This document shows, piece after piece, positions 1 through 9,084 of a stretch of 64,000 nucleotides of DNA. This DNA is from an uncultured delta proteobacterium (GTDB lineage Bacteria > Myxococcota_A > Polyangia > Polyangiales > Polyangiaceae): assembly GCA_963850305.1 (NCBI GenBank), contig CAWKKR010000008.1, positions 416,001 to 480,000 of the forward strand. Direction: 5' to 3'. The position numbers were made by a program, and so were the translations under genes. Below the pieces are notes generated by a model. The model did not search any database. It worked only from the letters and a program-made list of their open reading frames with translations, and was not told the origin of the DNA. How positions within the stretch are numbered: the first letter of the stretch is position 1; every line of letters begins with the position of its first letter.

Positions 1-508
1 CAGCGGGGGATTCACGGCGTCGGGTGGCTTCCCCGGCACGGGCGGATTCGTCGGTGCAGGTGGCGTGACTGCGGCCGGCGGATTCGTGGGCACCGGGGGC
101 TTCTTCACGGGCAGTGGCGGAAGCGAGGGCCTCGGCGTCTACTGCCCCACTCCGAACGCGACTCAGACGGTGTTCTGCGGGGACGTCAACTTGAACAGTT
201 TGCCAAGCGCGCCCGCCTGCTGTCTCCCGGTGGGCTATCCGCCGATCCCGCCGAGTCCTTGTGGAGGCGATCAGACGGCTCTCTCGAACATCTTCCCCGT
301 CGAACCGGGTTGCCAGGATCCGAGTGGGACGGCCGCATTTTCGGACCCGGCGTGTACGGCGATCAACATCGAGACCGGTCAGGTGCTCAACGGTTGTTGC
401 CGTACGGACGGGATGTGTGGAGTGGACCTTTCCGCGTACGGTCTCGGTTGCCAGGAGAGCGTCATCCAGGGTGTCACGACTCAATGTCAGGTCGGCCCCA
501 TGAATTAG
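1..508 (+). CDS. Gly-rich/Cys-rich secreted hypothetical protein (5'-truncated by window edge)
   Basis: Frame is open from position 2 (SGGFTASGG...TGG linker), followed by a Cys-rich domain (GCCRTDGMCGVD...GC) typical of myxobacterial exported proteins. Confidence 0.7.
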   Translation, partial: SGGFTASGGFPGTGGFVGAGGVTAAGGFVGTGGFFTGSGGSEGLGVYCPTPNATQTVFCGDVNLNSLPSAPACCLPVGYPPIPPSPCGGDQTALSNIFPVEPGCQDPSGTAAFSDPACTAINIETGQVLNGCCRTDGMCGVDLSAYGLGCQESVIQGVTTQCQVGPMN

Positions 509-585
509 CCCGTTTCGCCTGCGCCATCGCGCTGACAACCCGATCGGCCGCGTAAGGCGGCGATATAGTCGCCGCGGGTACCCCG

Positions 586-731
586 TGACGGACTCCGAAC
601 TACAGGCTTCCGCCGTGAGCCAGGGCCCGCGGAGCCCGGGGACCAACGATGCTGCCCACTCGTGATGCTCGTCCTCGCCGGGCGGAAGCGAGCGGCTTCG
701 CTAGCTTGACCGTCTTGGTGACCGACTGCAC
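586..731 (-). pseudogene. vapBC-type toxin-antitoxin remnant: RHH-like antitoxin N-terminus joined by deletion to a PIN toxin fragment
   Basis: GTG at 731 gives VQSVTKTVKLAKPLASA (RHH beta-strand-like). Another frame over ~682-586 gives DEHHEWAASLVPGLRGPWLTAEAC, matching the PIN pattern DxHHxWA...PxxTxEA. Confidence 0.5.
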
Positions 732-737
732 GGCAGT

Positions 738-766
738 GCAATACGAGCGTGTATTACCACCGTCAA
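738..766 (-). promoter_or_regulatory. sigma70-type promoter with overlapping palindromic operator for the vapBC remnant
   Basis: Minus strand TTGACG(766-761)-17 nt-TATTGC, then 6 nt to GTG. Inverted repeat GCAATAC-N6-GTATTAC at 738-757. Confidence 0.5.
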
Positions 767-779
767 GAAGGTCCCTCGA

Positions 780-816
780 ACCTGCCCCAAGTGCGGCGGG
801 CGCATGCGCCTGCTCA
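780..816 (+). mobile_element. Stub of IS91/Y2-family transposase C-terminus (TCPKCGGRMRLL)
   Basis: 780-865 is identical to 19977-20062, where the longer IS91-like remnant is visible. Confidence 0.55.
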
Positions 817-962
817 CGGCAGCACGTCTCGAGCGTCGAGGACGCGTCCGTCGGCGTCGAGAGGCACGTCTCGAGCGTCGAGAGGCACGTCTCGAGCGTC
901 GAGAGGCACGTCTCGAGCGTCGAGGACGCGTCCGTCGGCGTCGAGAGGCTTGTCTCGGCGTC
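817..962. repeat. 21-bp tandem array 1 (~7 units, two unit types)
   Basis: Units GAGAGGCACGTCTCGAGCGTC (A) and GAGGACGCGTCCGTCGGCGTC (B) in order A'BAAABA'. Confidence 0.95.
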
Positions 963-1185
963 GGCGGAGCGCGACCGTGCCCTTGGGCTCGCGGACGCTT
1001 GGCCATCGGCCGAGGTAATGGCCGCGGAAGAGGGTTTGGTGGCGCTTCGGGGACGCCAAGACGCGCGAAGTCTACCTGGAGGGCGCGCGCCCCGCGGGGA
1101 TCCATTGCGGCGACTTGTCGGCTCGAAGACCTGTCTCGATGTGCGTCGGAGGGTAGCACGCACTCGTGAGTGATAGGCTCGCTCC

Positions 1186-1954
1186 ATGGTGAGGCAGGGA
1201 CGGGACTGGATTCTCGCGGGATTTCTGACCAGCGTCGTGGTCGCTTCGTTCGCGGGGTGCAGCGGAGAGGTCAAGTCCGGACAAGGCAGGGGCGCGATCG
1301 CCTCGGCTCCGGAGGTGCAACGGCGGCGACGGGGGGCCGCGCGACGGCAGGCGGCAGCACGGGCGTCGCCGATGCGTCGCTGAACAACACCGGTGGCGCG
1401 AGCGACGGAGGTCGCCCGCCCCCGCCGCAGCAAGACGCCGGTCCGACGCCACCGCCGTACCGCGTGGCGCCGTGCGTGTGGGACGTCGTGAAGGACTGCA
1501 TCCCGGAGCTCCGCTCGTGCGTCCAGACGCCGGCCTTCAGTGGTGCTATGCAACAGTGACGTGCGATCGCGACACGGGCTGGTCCGAGTACTCGGGCCTG
1601 GTCGCGAGCAAGAGCTGGAAGTTCTCCGTCAGCTACGAGGGCGTGGAGTGCTTCCGATGGGACTCGGGCGGCATCCCCGGCTTCCCGAGCTCGTCCTCGC
1701 TCCTCGATCGTCGCGGTAACGTGGTCGCCGCGCAGCTCTCGGGCGGGCCGCTCTATTGCGGAGCAACGTTCAACCAGATCGAGAGCGCGCACCTGTCGGG
1801 CCAGGCGACCGATGCCGGCATCGATCTCGACGATGGCAACTTCGCTCCCGCGTATCACCTCGATCGCTCGCGACCCGAGTGCGCCGCCTGGGACGAAAAC
1901 GGGCTCCCCGTGCGTCCTCCGTGTGACGTGATCGACGGCGGAGTGTGTCCATGA
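1186..1954 (+). CDS. Cys-rich lipoprotein, split by two apparent 1-nt deletions (~1301, ~1523)
   Basis: Signal peptide ending FAG-C from 1186. Gly/DAG linker continues in the 1170 frame and the Cys domain in the 1472 frame. Restoring one C in each C-run gives ...AIALGSGG... and ...CVPDAGLQWC... Confidence 0.6.
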
Positions 1955-2066
1955 GCGGACACGCGGGCAACGCCGTGGTCTCGACGGCAGAGCCGCGCTA
2001 CGCTGACCATTATACCGGAAATCCCCAAGCCCCTCGTTCCTCCATCGCTATCGGCGACGGAGAGAA

Positions 2067-2128
2067 GGGAGAACCGCTCGCCGGGTTCTGTCCGGGGGGC
2101 GGCCCGAAAGGGCCGTCCCTACCGGAAC
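2067..2128 (+). mobile_element. Group II intron 3' end remnant (3' half of domain V plus domain VI)
   Basis: GGGAGAACCGCTCGCCGGGTTCTG-TCCGGGGGGCGGCCC-GAAA-GGGCCGTCCCT-A-CCGGAAC: DVI hairpin with GNRA loop, bulged A at 2121 and terminal AC. Confidence 0.7.
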
Positions 2129-2298
2129 GATCGCCTACCCTCCGACCTTTCCGTCACGCCCGCCATCATGGCATCTGGCCTCCGACACGGCTGGATACCG
2201 TGTTCACCATGAACGCCACCTGGATCGGCCGTGAGAACTTCCGAGCTCCGGTCACTTCACGCTGGGTCCTGAATCGCCGCGGGCATAGATTCGGCGGC

Positions 2299-3690
2299 GT
2301 GCCGACGCGGTGGGTGCTGCTGGTGGACGGAAATGCGGCTGCGGCCGTGTCGCTCGCCGGCCTGGATTTCGGGGAGCGCGTCTCCACGCGGACCGCGACG
2401 AGCGTGACCACTGCCGTCGCGATGCTCGAGAGCGACCCGGTGGACGTCGTGGTGCTGGACGTGGACTCTACGGGTGTAGCCACCGCGCTGGCCGAAACGG
2501 TCCAGCGGTTCGACGTCCCGGTGATCGCGATCGGCGAGCCCGGAATTCGCAGCGCAATCGACGCGGTGCGCGCAGGAGCCGCTGATTACATCGAGCGGCC
2601 GTGCGACCCGGAGGAACTGCGACGCGCCGTGGGCAAAGCATTCGCTGCGGCGGAGCGCGACGCTGCTGAACCCGCAACGCCCGCGCCAGCGCGCTCCGGG
2701 TTCCTGGGAGAATCGCGGGAAATGCGGCAGGTCGGGGAAGCCGTGGATCGCGTCGCCCAGGGAAACGCGACGGTCCTCGTACGCGGCGAGACGGGCACCG
2801 GCAAGGAGCTCGTCGCCCGCGCGGTCCATGCGCGGAGCTCGCGGGCGGAGGGTCCCTTCGTGAAGGTGCATTGCGCCGGTCTGCCTGACACGCTGCTCGA
2901 GAGCGAGCTCTTCGGGTACGAGAAGGGCGCGTTCACCGGAGCGGTGACCAGCAAGCCTGGCCGCGTGGAGCTGGCCGAAGGCGGCACGCTGTTCCTGGAC
3001 GAGATCGGCGACATCAACCCGCTGATGCAGGTCAAGCTGCTCAGGCTCCTTCAGGACCGCGAGTACGAGCGCCTCGGCGGGACGAAGACGATCCGGGCCA
3101 ACGTGCGCTTCGTCTCGGCGACCCACCGCCCCCTCGAGAAGATGGTCAGGGCGGGGGATTTTCGCGAAGACCTCTTCTATCGGCTGAACGTGGTGCCCGT
3201 CTGGCTGCCGCCGCTCCGGGCGCGGCGGGAGGATATCGGGCTGCTCGCTCGCCATTTCTGCACCGCATTCGCCGCCGAGCACCGGCGTCCAGGCTTTGGC
3301 ATGACCGACGCGGCCATCGCCGCGCTGCAGGCAGAACGATGGCCGGGCAACGTGCGACAGCTCCAGAACCTCGTCGAGCGCCTCGTGGTGATGACGGCTG
3401 GAAATGCGATCGACGCCGCCGACGTCCGCCGGGAGCTCTCACCCGAGGTCACCTTCGCCACCCGGACGGGAGTGTCCGCCGTCCGCCCGCCGAGCGCGGT
3501 CGACAGCACGTCGGGCCAGCTGATCCCGCTCGACGACGTCCTTCGCGCCGCCGAACGACGTGCCATCGAGCGGGCGCTGCACCACGCGAAGGGGAACCGC
3601 GCCCTCGCGGCCCGACTCCTTGGAACGAGCCGCGCGAACCTCTACAACAAGCTCGACGAGTACGGGCTCGCGAAGACGGACGTCAGGTAG
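2299..3690 (+). CDS. sigma54-dependent Fis-family transcriptional activator (REC-AAA+-HTH)
   Basis: GETGTGKE Walker A, ESELFGYEKGAFTGA, LFLDEIG, FREDLFYRLNV, WPGNVRQL and a C-terminal Fis HTH. Start uncertain (GTG 2299 or ATG 2209). Confidence 0.95.
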   Translation: MPTRWVLLVDGNAAAAVSLAGLDFGERVSTRTATSVTTAVAMLESDPVDVVVLDVDSTGVATALAETVQRFDVPVIAIGEPGIRSAIDAVRAGAADYIERPCDPEELRRAVGKAFAAAERDAAEPATPAPARSGFLGESREMRQVGEAVDRVAQGNATVLVRGETGTGKELVARAVHARSSRAEGPFVKVHCAGLPDTLLESELFGYEKGAFTGAVTSKPGRVELAEGGTLFLDEIGDINPLMQVKLLRLLQDREYERLGGTKTIRANVRFVSATHRPLEKMVRAGDFREDLFYRLNVVPVWLPPLRARREDIGLLARHFCTAFAAEHRRPGFGMTDAAIAALQAERWPGNVRQLQNLVERLVVMTAGNAIDAADVRRELSPEVTFATRTGVSAVRPPSAVDSTSGQLIPLDDVLRAAERRAIERALHHAKGNRALAARLLGTSRANLYNKLDEYGLAKTDVR

Positions 3691-3712
3691 GGCGGACCAG
3701 GGCCACCGGAAG

Positions 3713-3798
3713 TGTCCACGAGTTGGACGCTCGAGGCGTCCAGCGGCGTGGACGCGGTGCTGATTTCCCGGCGTTTTTCCCTTGGCCCCGACCTTGCT
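3713..3798 (+). promoter_or_regulatory. sigma54 (-24/-12) promoter with two upstream palindromic enhancer-like sites
   Basis: TGGCCCCGACCTTGCT (3783-3798, GG-N10-GC). TGTCCA-N5-TGGACG at 3713 and CGTCCA-N6-TGGACG at 3737. Confidence 0.7.
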
Positions 3799-3810
3799 CT
3801 TGGGTCCGGC

Positions 3811-5247
3811 ATGACTCAAGCCGCCGCCTGTCCGTTCACCCGCCTCCAGCAACGCGTGGTCGCGCCCTTCATCACCGACGTGGTCGGAGACGTCGCGCGT
3901 CCGCGCCGTGCGCTCACTCCGTGTCGCGACCTCGCTCACCTGCCGGGCGAAGGAGGCGTGCTCGCCGGCATCGCCAACCTCGCGGGGTGGACGCGGCGAG
4001 GGAACGCTCACCTCGTCGAACAGCACCAGCGCTTCGGCCCCGTCTTCCGGACTCGCCTCGGCCCGACGCCGATCGTCTGCGTCTCGGATGCCGAGATGCT
4101 CGTGCGCATCATGCGGAACGAGGACCAGGCGTGGTCGGCCGCCCTCGCCTGGAGCAGTGTGTTCCGGGGGATCGATCCGACGAGCCCGACCATCGGATCC
4201 GTGTCGACCCTGGACTTCGAGCAGCACCGGCAGGCGCGACAGCTCTTGCAGCCGGCGTTCGGCGCGGCGGCGATCGCCGGCTACCTCGACGACGCGATCC
4301 CCGCGATCGAGGCCGCCGTCGACGGCTGGATCCGCCGCGGCCGCGTTCCTTTCAAGTCGGAGATCCGACGGCTCCTCGCGAACGTCTCCCTCCGCATCTT
4401 CCTCGGCATCGAGAACGAAGACGACGGAGCCTTCCTGGATTGCGCGCTCGCCGACGTCTGGCGTGGCCCGCTCGCGGTCGCAAAGAACCCCTGGATCAGC
4501 CCCGGCTGGAGGAGGGCGATGCGCGGCTATCGCACGCTCCAGGAATGGCTCAGGCCGCAAGTGGCTGCGCGACGCGCCCGCGGCGGAACGGACCTCTTCA
4601 GCCGTCTGTGCGTCGAAGCCGGGCGCGCGGACCTCGACGACGAGGCGATGCTGCGGCTCTTCATCGGGGTGATGCTGGGCGCGTTCGACACGACGTCGTC
4701 GGGACTCTCGAGTATGGCGTACCTGCTCGCGAAGCACTCGACCTGGCAGGACCGTCTCCGCGACCAAGCCTCCTCCCTCGGATTCCCGCGCCTCCGGTAC
4801 GACGATGTGAAGCGCCTCGAAGCGACCGACCGCGTCTGGAAGGAGACCCTCCGCCTGTTTCCCATCGCGGCGGACGTGCCGCGCTACACGCTCCGGGACG
4901 TCGACCTCGGCGGACACCGCATCCCCGCCGGGACCTTCGTTCTCGCGATGATGGGTCCGGTGATGCAGGACCCCGCGTGGTGGACGGAGCCCGCACGGTT
5001 CGATCCGGATCGCTTCCTCGAGCCTCGCGCCGAGGACCGCAAGCACAAGGGACTCTTTCTCCCGTTCGGTTCGGGCGCTCACGCTTGCATCGGCACACAC
5101 CTCGCGAACGTCGAGGTCCGCGCCTTCTGGCACACCATGCTCACCCGCGCCCGGTTCAGTCTGAAGCGCGACTACGAGGCGCACCACGCCTACGACCCGC
5201 TCGGGATGGTGTCGGGGGACGTGGAGCTCGTCGTGGAGCGGATCTAG
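3811..5247 (+). CDS. Cytochrome P450
   Basis: I-helix GAFDTT, ETLR (ExxR), FDPDRF and heme ligand FGSGAHACIG. ATG at 3811. Confidence 0.95.
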   Translation: MTQAAACPFTRLQQRVVAPFITDVVGDVARPRRALTPCRDLAHLPGEGGVLAGIANLAGWTRRGNAHLVEQHQRFGPVFRTRLGPTPIVCVSDAEMLVRIMRNEDQAWSAALAWSSVFRGIDPTSPTIGSVSTLDFEQHRQARQLLQPAFGAAAIAGYLDDAIPAIEAAVDGWIRRGRVPFKSEIRRLLANVSLRIFLGIENEDDGAFLDCALADVWRGPLAVAKNPWISPGWRRAMRGYRTLQEWLRPQVAARRARGGTDLFSRLCVEAGRADLDDEAMLRLFIGVMLGAFDTTSSGLSSMAYLLAKHSTWQDRLRDQASSLGFPRLRYDDVKRLEATDRVWKETLRLFPIAADVPRYTLRDVDLGGHRIPAGTFVLAMMGPVMQDPAWWTEPARFDPDRFLEPRAEDRKHKGLFLPFGSGAHACIGTHLANVEVRAFWHTMLTRARFSLKRDYEAHHAYDPLGMVSGDVELVVERI

Positions 5248-8200
5248 ATTCCGGACTCGCCGAGGACCGCTCGAGCCAGCGACAGCGTCTCGGCGTTCTC
5301 CAGAACGCGCGTCAGGTACGACTGTCGGCGCGTCGGATCGTCGAGAGTGGCAGCGATGCGCAGGATGCGCTCGCGCGCCTCTAGAAGCACCCACCTCCCG
5401 CGCTCCGCCTCGCCGAGTGCAAGCAGCGCACGAGCCTTCGTCAAGCGGAAGCTGGAAGTGCACGCGAGTCCCGGCCGAACGCGCGCGCTCACGTCCTCGG
5501 CCTGGTTGGTCGCGTCCAGCGCGGCGCTTGCATCGCCCTCTTCCAGGTGAATCCGGGCGAGCAGAGCGAAGCCCTGCGCTCGTTCCGCGCTGTAACCTGT
5601 CGTGAGGACCGTCGCCGGGACCAGGGCCCTTTCCAGCTCCGATTCTCGGAGCTCGGCCTCGGCAAGCGCCACCTCCGCCAGGGCGCGATATCCGTAGTGG
5701 GCAGACGAGCTGACTGCCCGCGCTTCCGCCCGCGCTGGCTCACAGGCGCCCGCCCTGGCGTGGGCTGCCGCTGCGAGGGCGTGAGCATGGTCGGACTGGA
5801 GGCGGATCCGCGTCCGATGGGCTCGCGCGACCGCCTCGCGGGAGATGGCCAGCACCTCGTCGAACGCCCCCACCTCGAGCAGGACGAAGGCGTGAAACAG
5901 CGGGGCGAAGGCTTCGGCGAGCTTCGCCGGGCCGCCGCGGGCGAGCTCGACTGCGCGCTGGCCATGCTGCAGCGCCGCGCCCAGGTTCTCGTTCCAGATT
6001 TCAAACAGCATCAACGTGAGGCGCCGGAAGGTCTCGAACACGACGTCTGCTTGCTGGCCTGTCTGCGCGGCAGCTTTGTCGAGGCGGGCGATGAGCGAAG
6101 GAATGAGGTCCCCTCGGCCAGCCACGTTCAGCCCGCCGAAGACATTCAGCATCGCCTGTGCACACGGGCCAGTCGGTTCGAGATCTCGCTCGAGCCTGCA
6201 GAGCGCCCGGACGCCGAGGGCCACCGACTCCGGGCGATCGAGCACCAGCAGGGACCCGACCGCACGCATCCACAAGGCGCTACCCACTGGAAGAAGATCG
6301 ACGGCGGCGCCAGCCCCTCGAGCCACGAGATCCCAGTCTTGAAGCCCAATCCCTGCGTAGGACTCGACCTCGCGGAGCGCCCCGAGATATTCCCCGCTAG
6401 CCCCGCACCGAACCCCGCGCTCGATTGCCGCGAACGGATCTCCTCCGGCCCCCATGACGGCGCCCTGTGCGAGCCGGACGATCGATGGAACTGCCCGCTC
6501 AAGCACTCCGCCTCGCTCGAAGTGATCCGCAAGGATCGTGGGGTTCGCCTCTCCACGCTCCTCCAGCCATTCGCCCGCGAGGCGGTGACCGGTGACGCGA
6601 TCGGCCTCGGTCAGCGTCGCATAGGCGGCGTCCCGAAGGAGTGCGTGACGAAAGGCGAACTCGCGCTCGAGCGGGAAGCGGCTCTCGGGAGACTCCGCGA
6701 TGAGCTCGCGATCCACGAGGGCCTCGAGCCACGCCCCAGGCGCGGTCGCCGGCCCGAGCAGCGCCTCGACACCCCCCTCCCAGAATGCTTCTCCGAAGAC
6801 GCTCGCGGCCCGAAGAACTCGCCGAACCTCGGGCTCGAGGCGTTCGACGCGCGTCAGGGCCATCGCCAGAACCGACTCAGGCAGGCCGGTTTCCCCCGCG
6901 TCTGCCTGTCGGATGAGCTCCTCGAGGTAAAAGGCGTTCCCCTCGGCGCGATCCACGATGCGAGCGACGGTCTCTGGAGAGAGGCGTTCACCAAGCACGG
7001 CGGCGAGGAGCCGCTCGGCTGCTCGTCGACCGAGTGGCGAAAGCCGGATCTCCTGCGGCGCCGCGGCGTCCCAGAGCCTCGGGAATTGCTCGTGCACCTC
7101 CGGGCGCGCAAGTGCCACTACGAGGAAGGCCCGATCCGCCAGGCGTCGCAGCGCGTCGCCTAGAGCCTTGAACGACGCTGCATCACCCCAGTGCAGATCC
7201 TCGAGAACGATGACGAGGGGCGCCCGTCCAGTCTCGCCGTCGAGAAGCTCGTGAAACGCCCGCCGCTTCTGGTCCGCCATGACGACTGGATCATTGCGAG
7301 CGGATACCAGAGCTGAGCTAGGAGCCTCGTCCGTCGGGATTCCCGCGAGCTCTCCGATGATCTCACGCAGGCGATCACTTGCGTTCGCTGACGGAAGCCC
7401 ACGAACGTACGTGCGCACTCGTCCGTGGTGCGCGGATCCAGCTTCGCCGGGACGGAGCCCGATGGCGTTGCGAGCGAGCCTCTGCGCCACGAGAAACGGT
7501 GTGCCAGCGGAGACGGCTTCCGCGCGCGCCAAGAGCACGCGAACGTCGCCACGCCCGCGAACCTTCGAGATGAACTCCGCCCCGAGTCGGGACTTTCCCA
7601 TGCCAGGTGGCCCGATCACGACCACCGCTCGGGCAACCGTTTCGGCAAGGCACTCGGCAAGCGTCAGTTCGAGCATGCCCAGCTCTCGCTCCCGCCCGAC
7701 CGTCGGCGTCGGTTTGCCCATGAGCCGGCGCGGCGCCTCCAGATCGGTCCGCTCGCGGGAGAGAAAGCGCTGCGCAGCCCGAGTTTGCAGGTCGAATCTG
7801 GCCTCCACGAGACCGGCGGTCACGTCGTCGATGCGGACACCCACCTCGCCCCCGCTGACTGAATCGCGGAGCAATGCGGCCGCACGATCGATGGCTGCCC
7901 CGACTGGCAGACGCGCGGTCGTTTCGGCGCGTCCGGTGGCGAGTGCAACGCGATGCTCGGGTGTCGCACGTAGAATCTCGAGCGCACACGACGCGCCCGC
8001 CGCCGCTTGATCGCTCGCCGCACCCCCACCGGACAGAACGAACAAGAGGGCACCGCTCTGGAGCGGCGTGAACTCGGCTCCGAAACGCGCCGCGATTTCC
8101 CGTGCAGCGCCGACATCGACGAAAGCCTGGTCCGGAGTGATGGTCTCGGCGCTTCCTGCGTCGCGCGGCTCCGCGAGGATCACGCTGACCACTCGCTGCT

Positions 8201-9080
8201 CCGAATGAGTCAGGCTCGTCGGAGCACGCGAAGGCGGAGACGACAACGTCCGAACGGCCGCGAGCGCCGGCGTTTCGAGCAATCGCACGACGGCAGCGGC
8301 GTCCGCGGGCCGATCCGCAGGCTTCTTGGCGAGGAGGCGCGCGACAAGCGTGTCCAGCGACTCGCCGAGCCCTGGCACGAGGTCGCTCACCTTCGGCGCT
8401 TCCTCGGCGAGCACCTTCGCGAGAATTGCAACTGCGTGTGCGCCTGAGAACGCCGGAGTGCCGGTGAGGCACTCGAACAGCACGCATCCGAGCGCGAACA
8501 CGTCTGCTCGCGCGTCCACGTCGCGCGAGCCCATCGCCTGCTCGGGTGCCATGTAGCCGACCGTGCCGAGCATCGCTCCCGTCTGCGTCAGCCCACGTGT
8601 CTCGAGACGCGCTCGCGCGATACCGAAATCGAGCACCTTGACCTGCGCGACGTCACTGTCCACTAGGAACAGGTTGCTCGGCTTGACGTCGCGGTGGACG
8701 ATGCCGCGTTCGTGCGCGAAGGAGAGCGCCTCCGCGGTGCGGCGGATCAGGGAGAGAGAGTCGTCGACGCGGAGCGGACCTTTCGTGAGTTTTTCCGCGA
8801 GATCTTCGCCTTCGAGCAGCTCCATCGCGAGGAATGGACGGCGCTCCGCCGTGTCGCCGTGCGCGACGTACCGGACGATCCCCGGATGCGCGAGCTCCGA
8901 CAGGACGCGGGTCTCGCGCCGGAACCGGTCGATCGCGTCCGCAGATCCGAGGTCGAGCACCTTGAGCGCGACGGAACCGCCGTCCGCGCGATCCGTCGCC
9001 AGAAAGACGGACCCCATGCCGCCGCTGCCGATGGGACGCTCGATGACGAAGCGCTCTGCGACGAGGTCGCCGACCCACAC
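5244..9080 (-). CDS. Ser/Thr protein kinase with degenerate cyclase-like domain, AAA/STAND ATPase and TPR-like C-terminus (paralog 1)
   Basis: GSGGMG, VALK, HRDVKPSN, DFG and APE motifs; GPPGMGKS Walker A; LEDLHWGD Walker B; FRHALLRDAAY. Confidence 0.95.
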   Translation of the reverse strand: MWVGDLVAERFVIERPIGSGGMGSVFLATDRADGGSVALKVLDLGSADAIDRFRRETRVLSELAHPGIVRYVAHGDTAERRPFLAMELLEGEDLAEKLTKGPLRVDDSLSLIRRTAEALSFAHERGIVHRDVKPSNLFLVDSDVAQVKVLDFGIARARLETRGLTQTGAMLGTVGYMAPEQAMGSRDVDARADVFALGCVLFECLTGTPAFSGAHAVAILAKVLAEEAPKVSDLVPGLGESLDTLVARLLAKKPADRPADAAAVVRLLETPALAAVRTLSSPPSRAPTSLTHSEQRVVSVILAEPRDAGSAETITPDQAFVDVGAAREIAARFGAEFTPLQSGALLFVLSGGGAASDQAAAGASCALEILRATPEHRVALATGRAETTARLPVGAAIDRAAALLRDSVSGGEVGVRIDDVTAGLVEARFDLQTRAAQRFLSRERTDLEAPRRLMGKPTPTVGRERELGMLELTLAECLAETVARAVVVIGPPGMGKSRLGAEFISKVRGRGDVRVLLARAEAVSAGTPFLVAQRLARNAIGLRPGEAGSAHHGRVRTYVRGLPSANASDRLREIIGELAGIPTDEAPSSALVSARNDPVVMADQKRRAFHELLDGETGRAPLVIVLEDLHWGDAASFKALGDALRRLADRAFLVVALARPEVHEQFPRLWDAAAPQEIRLSPLGRRAAERLLAAVLGERLSPETVARIVDRAEGNAFYLEELIRQADAGETGLPESVLAMALTRVERLEPEVRRVLRAASVFGEAFWEGGVEALLGPATAPGAWLEALVDRELIAESPESRFPLEREFAFRHALLRDAAYATLTEADRVTGHRLAGEWLEERGEANPTILADHFERGGVLERAVPSIVRLAQGAVMGAGGDPFAAIERGVRCGASGEYLGALREVESYAGIGLQDWDLVARGAGAAVDLLPVGSALWMRAVGSLLVLDRPESVALGVRALCRLERDLEPTGPCAQAMLNVFGGLNVAGRGDLIPSLIARLDKAAAQTGQQADVVFETFRRLTLMLFEIWNENLGAALQHGQRAVELARGGPAKLAEAFAPLFHAFVLLEVGAFDEVLAISREAVARAHRTRIRLQSDHAHALAAAAHARAGACEPARAEARAVSSSAHYGYRALAEVALAEAELRESELERALVPATVLTTGYSAERAQGFALLARIHLEEGDASAALDATNQAEDVSARVRPGLACTSSFRLTKARALLALGEAERGRWVLLEARERILRIAATLDDPTRRQSYLTRVLENAETLSLARAVLGESGI

Positions 9081-9084
9081 GGGG

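Noticed and set aside
1945..2298. N-terminal extension of the sigma54 activator
   Set aside because: It runs through the intron remnant and has no domain character; the REC domain begins near 2299.
3339..5463. Long overlapping or antisense ORFs (e.g. 3339-5384, 3439-5463, 16181-17905, 29457-31163, 58075-59682)
   Set aside because: Arg/Pro/Ala-rich shadow frames of motif-bearing genes, as expected at this GC content.
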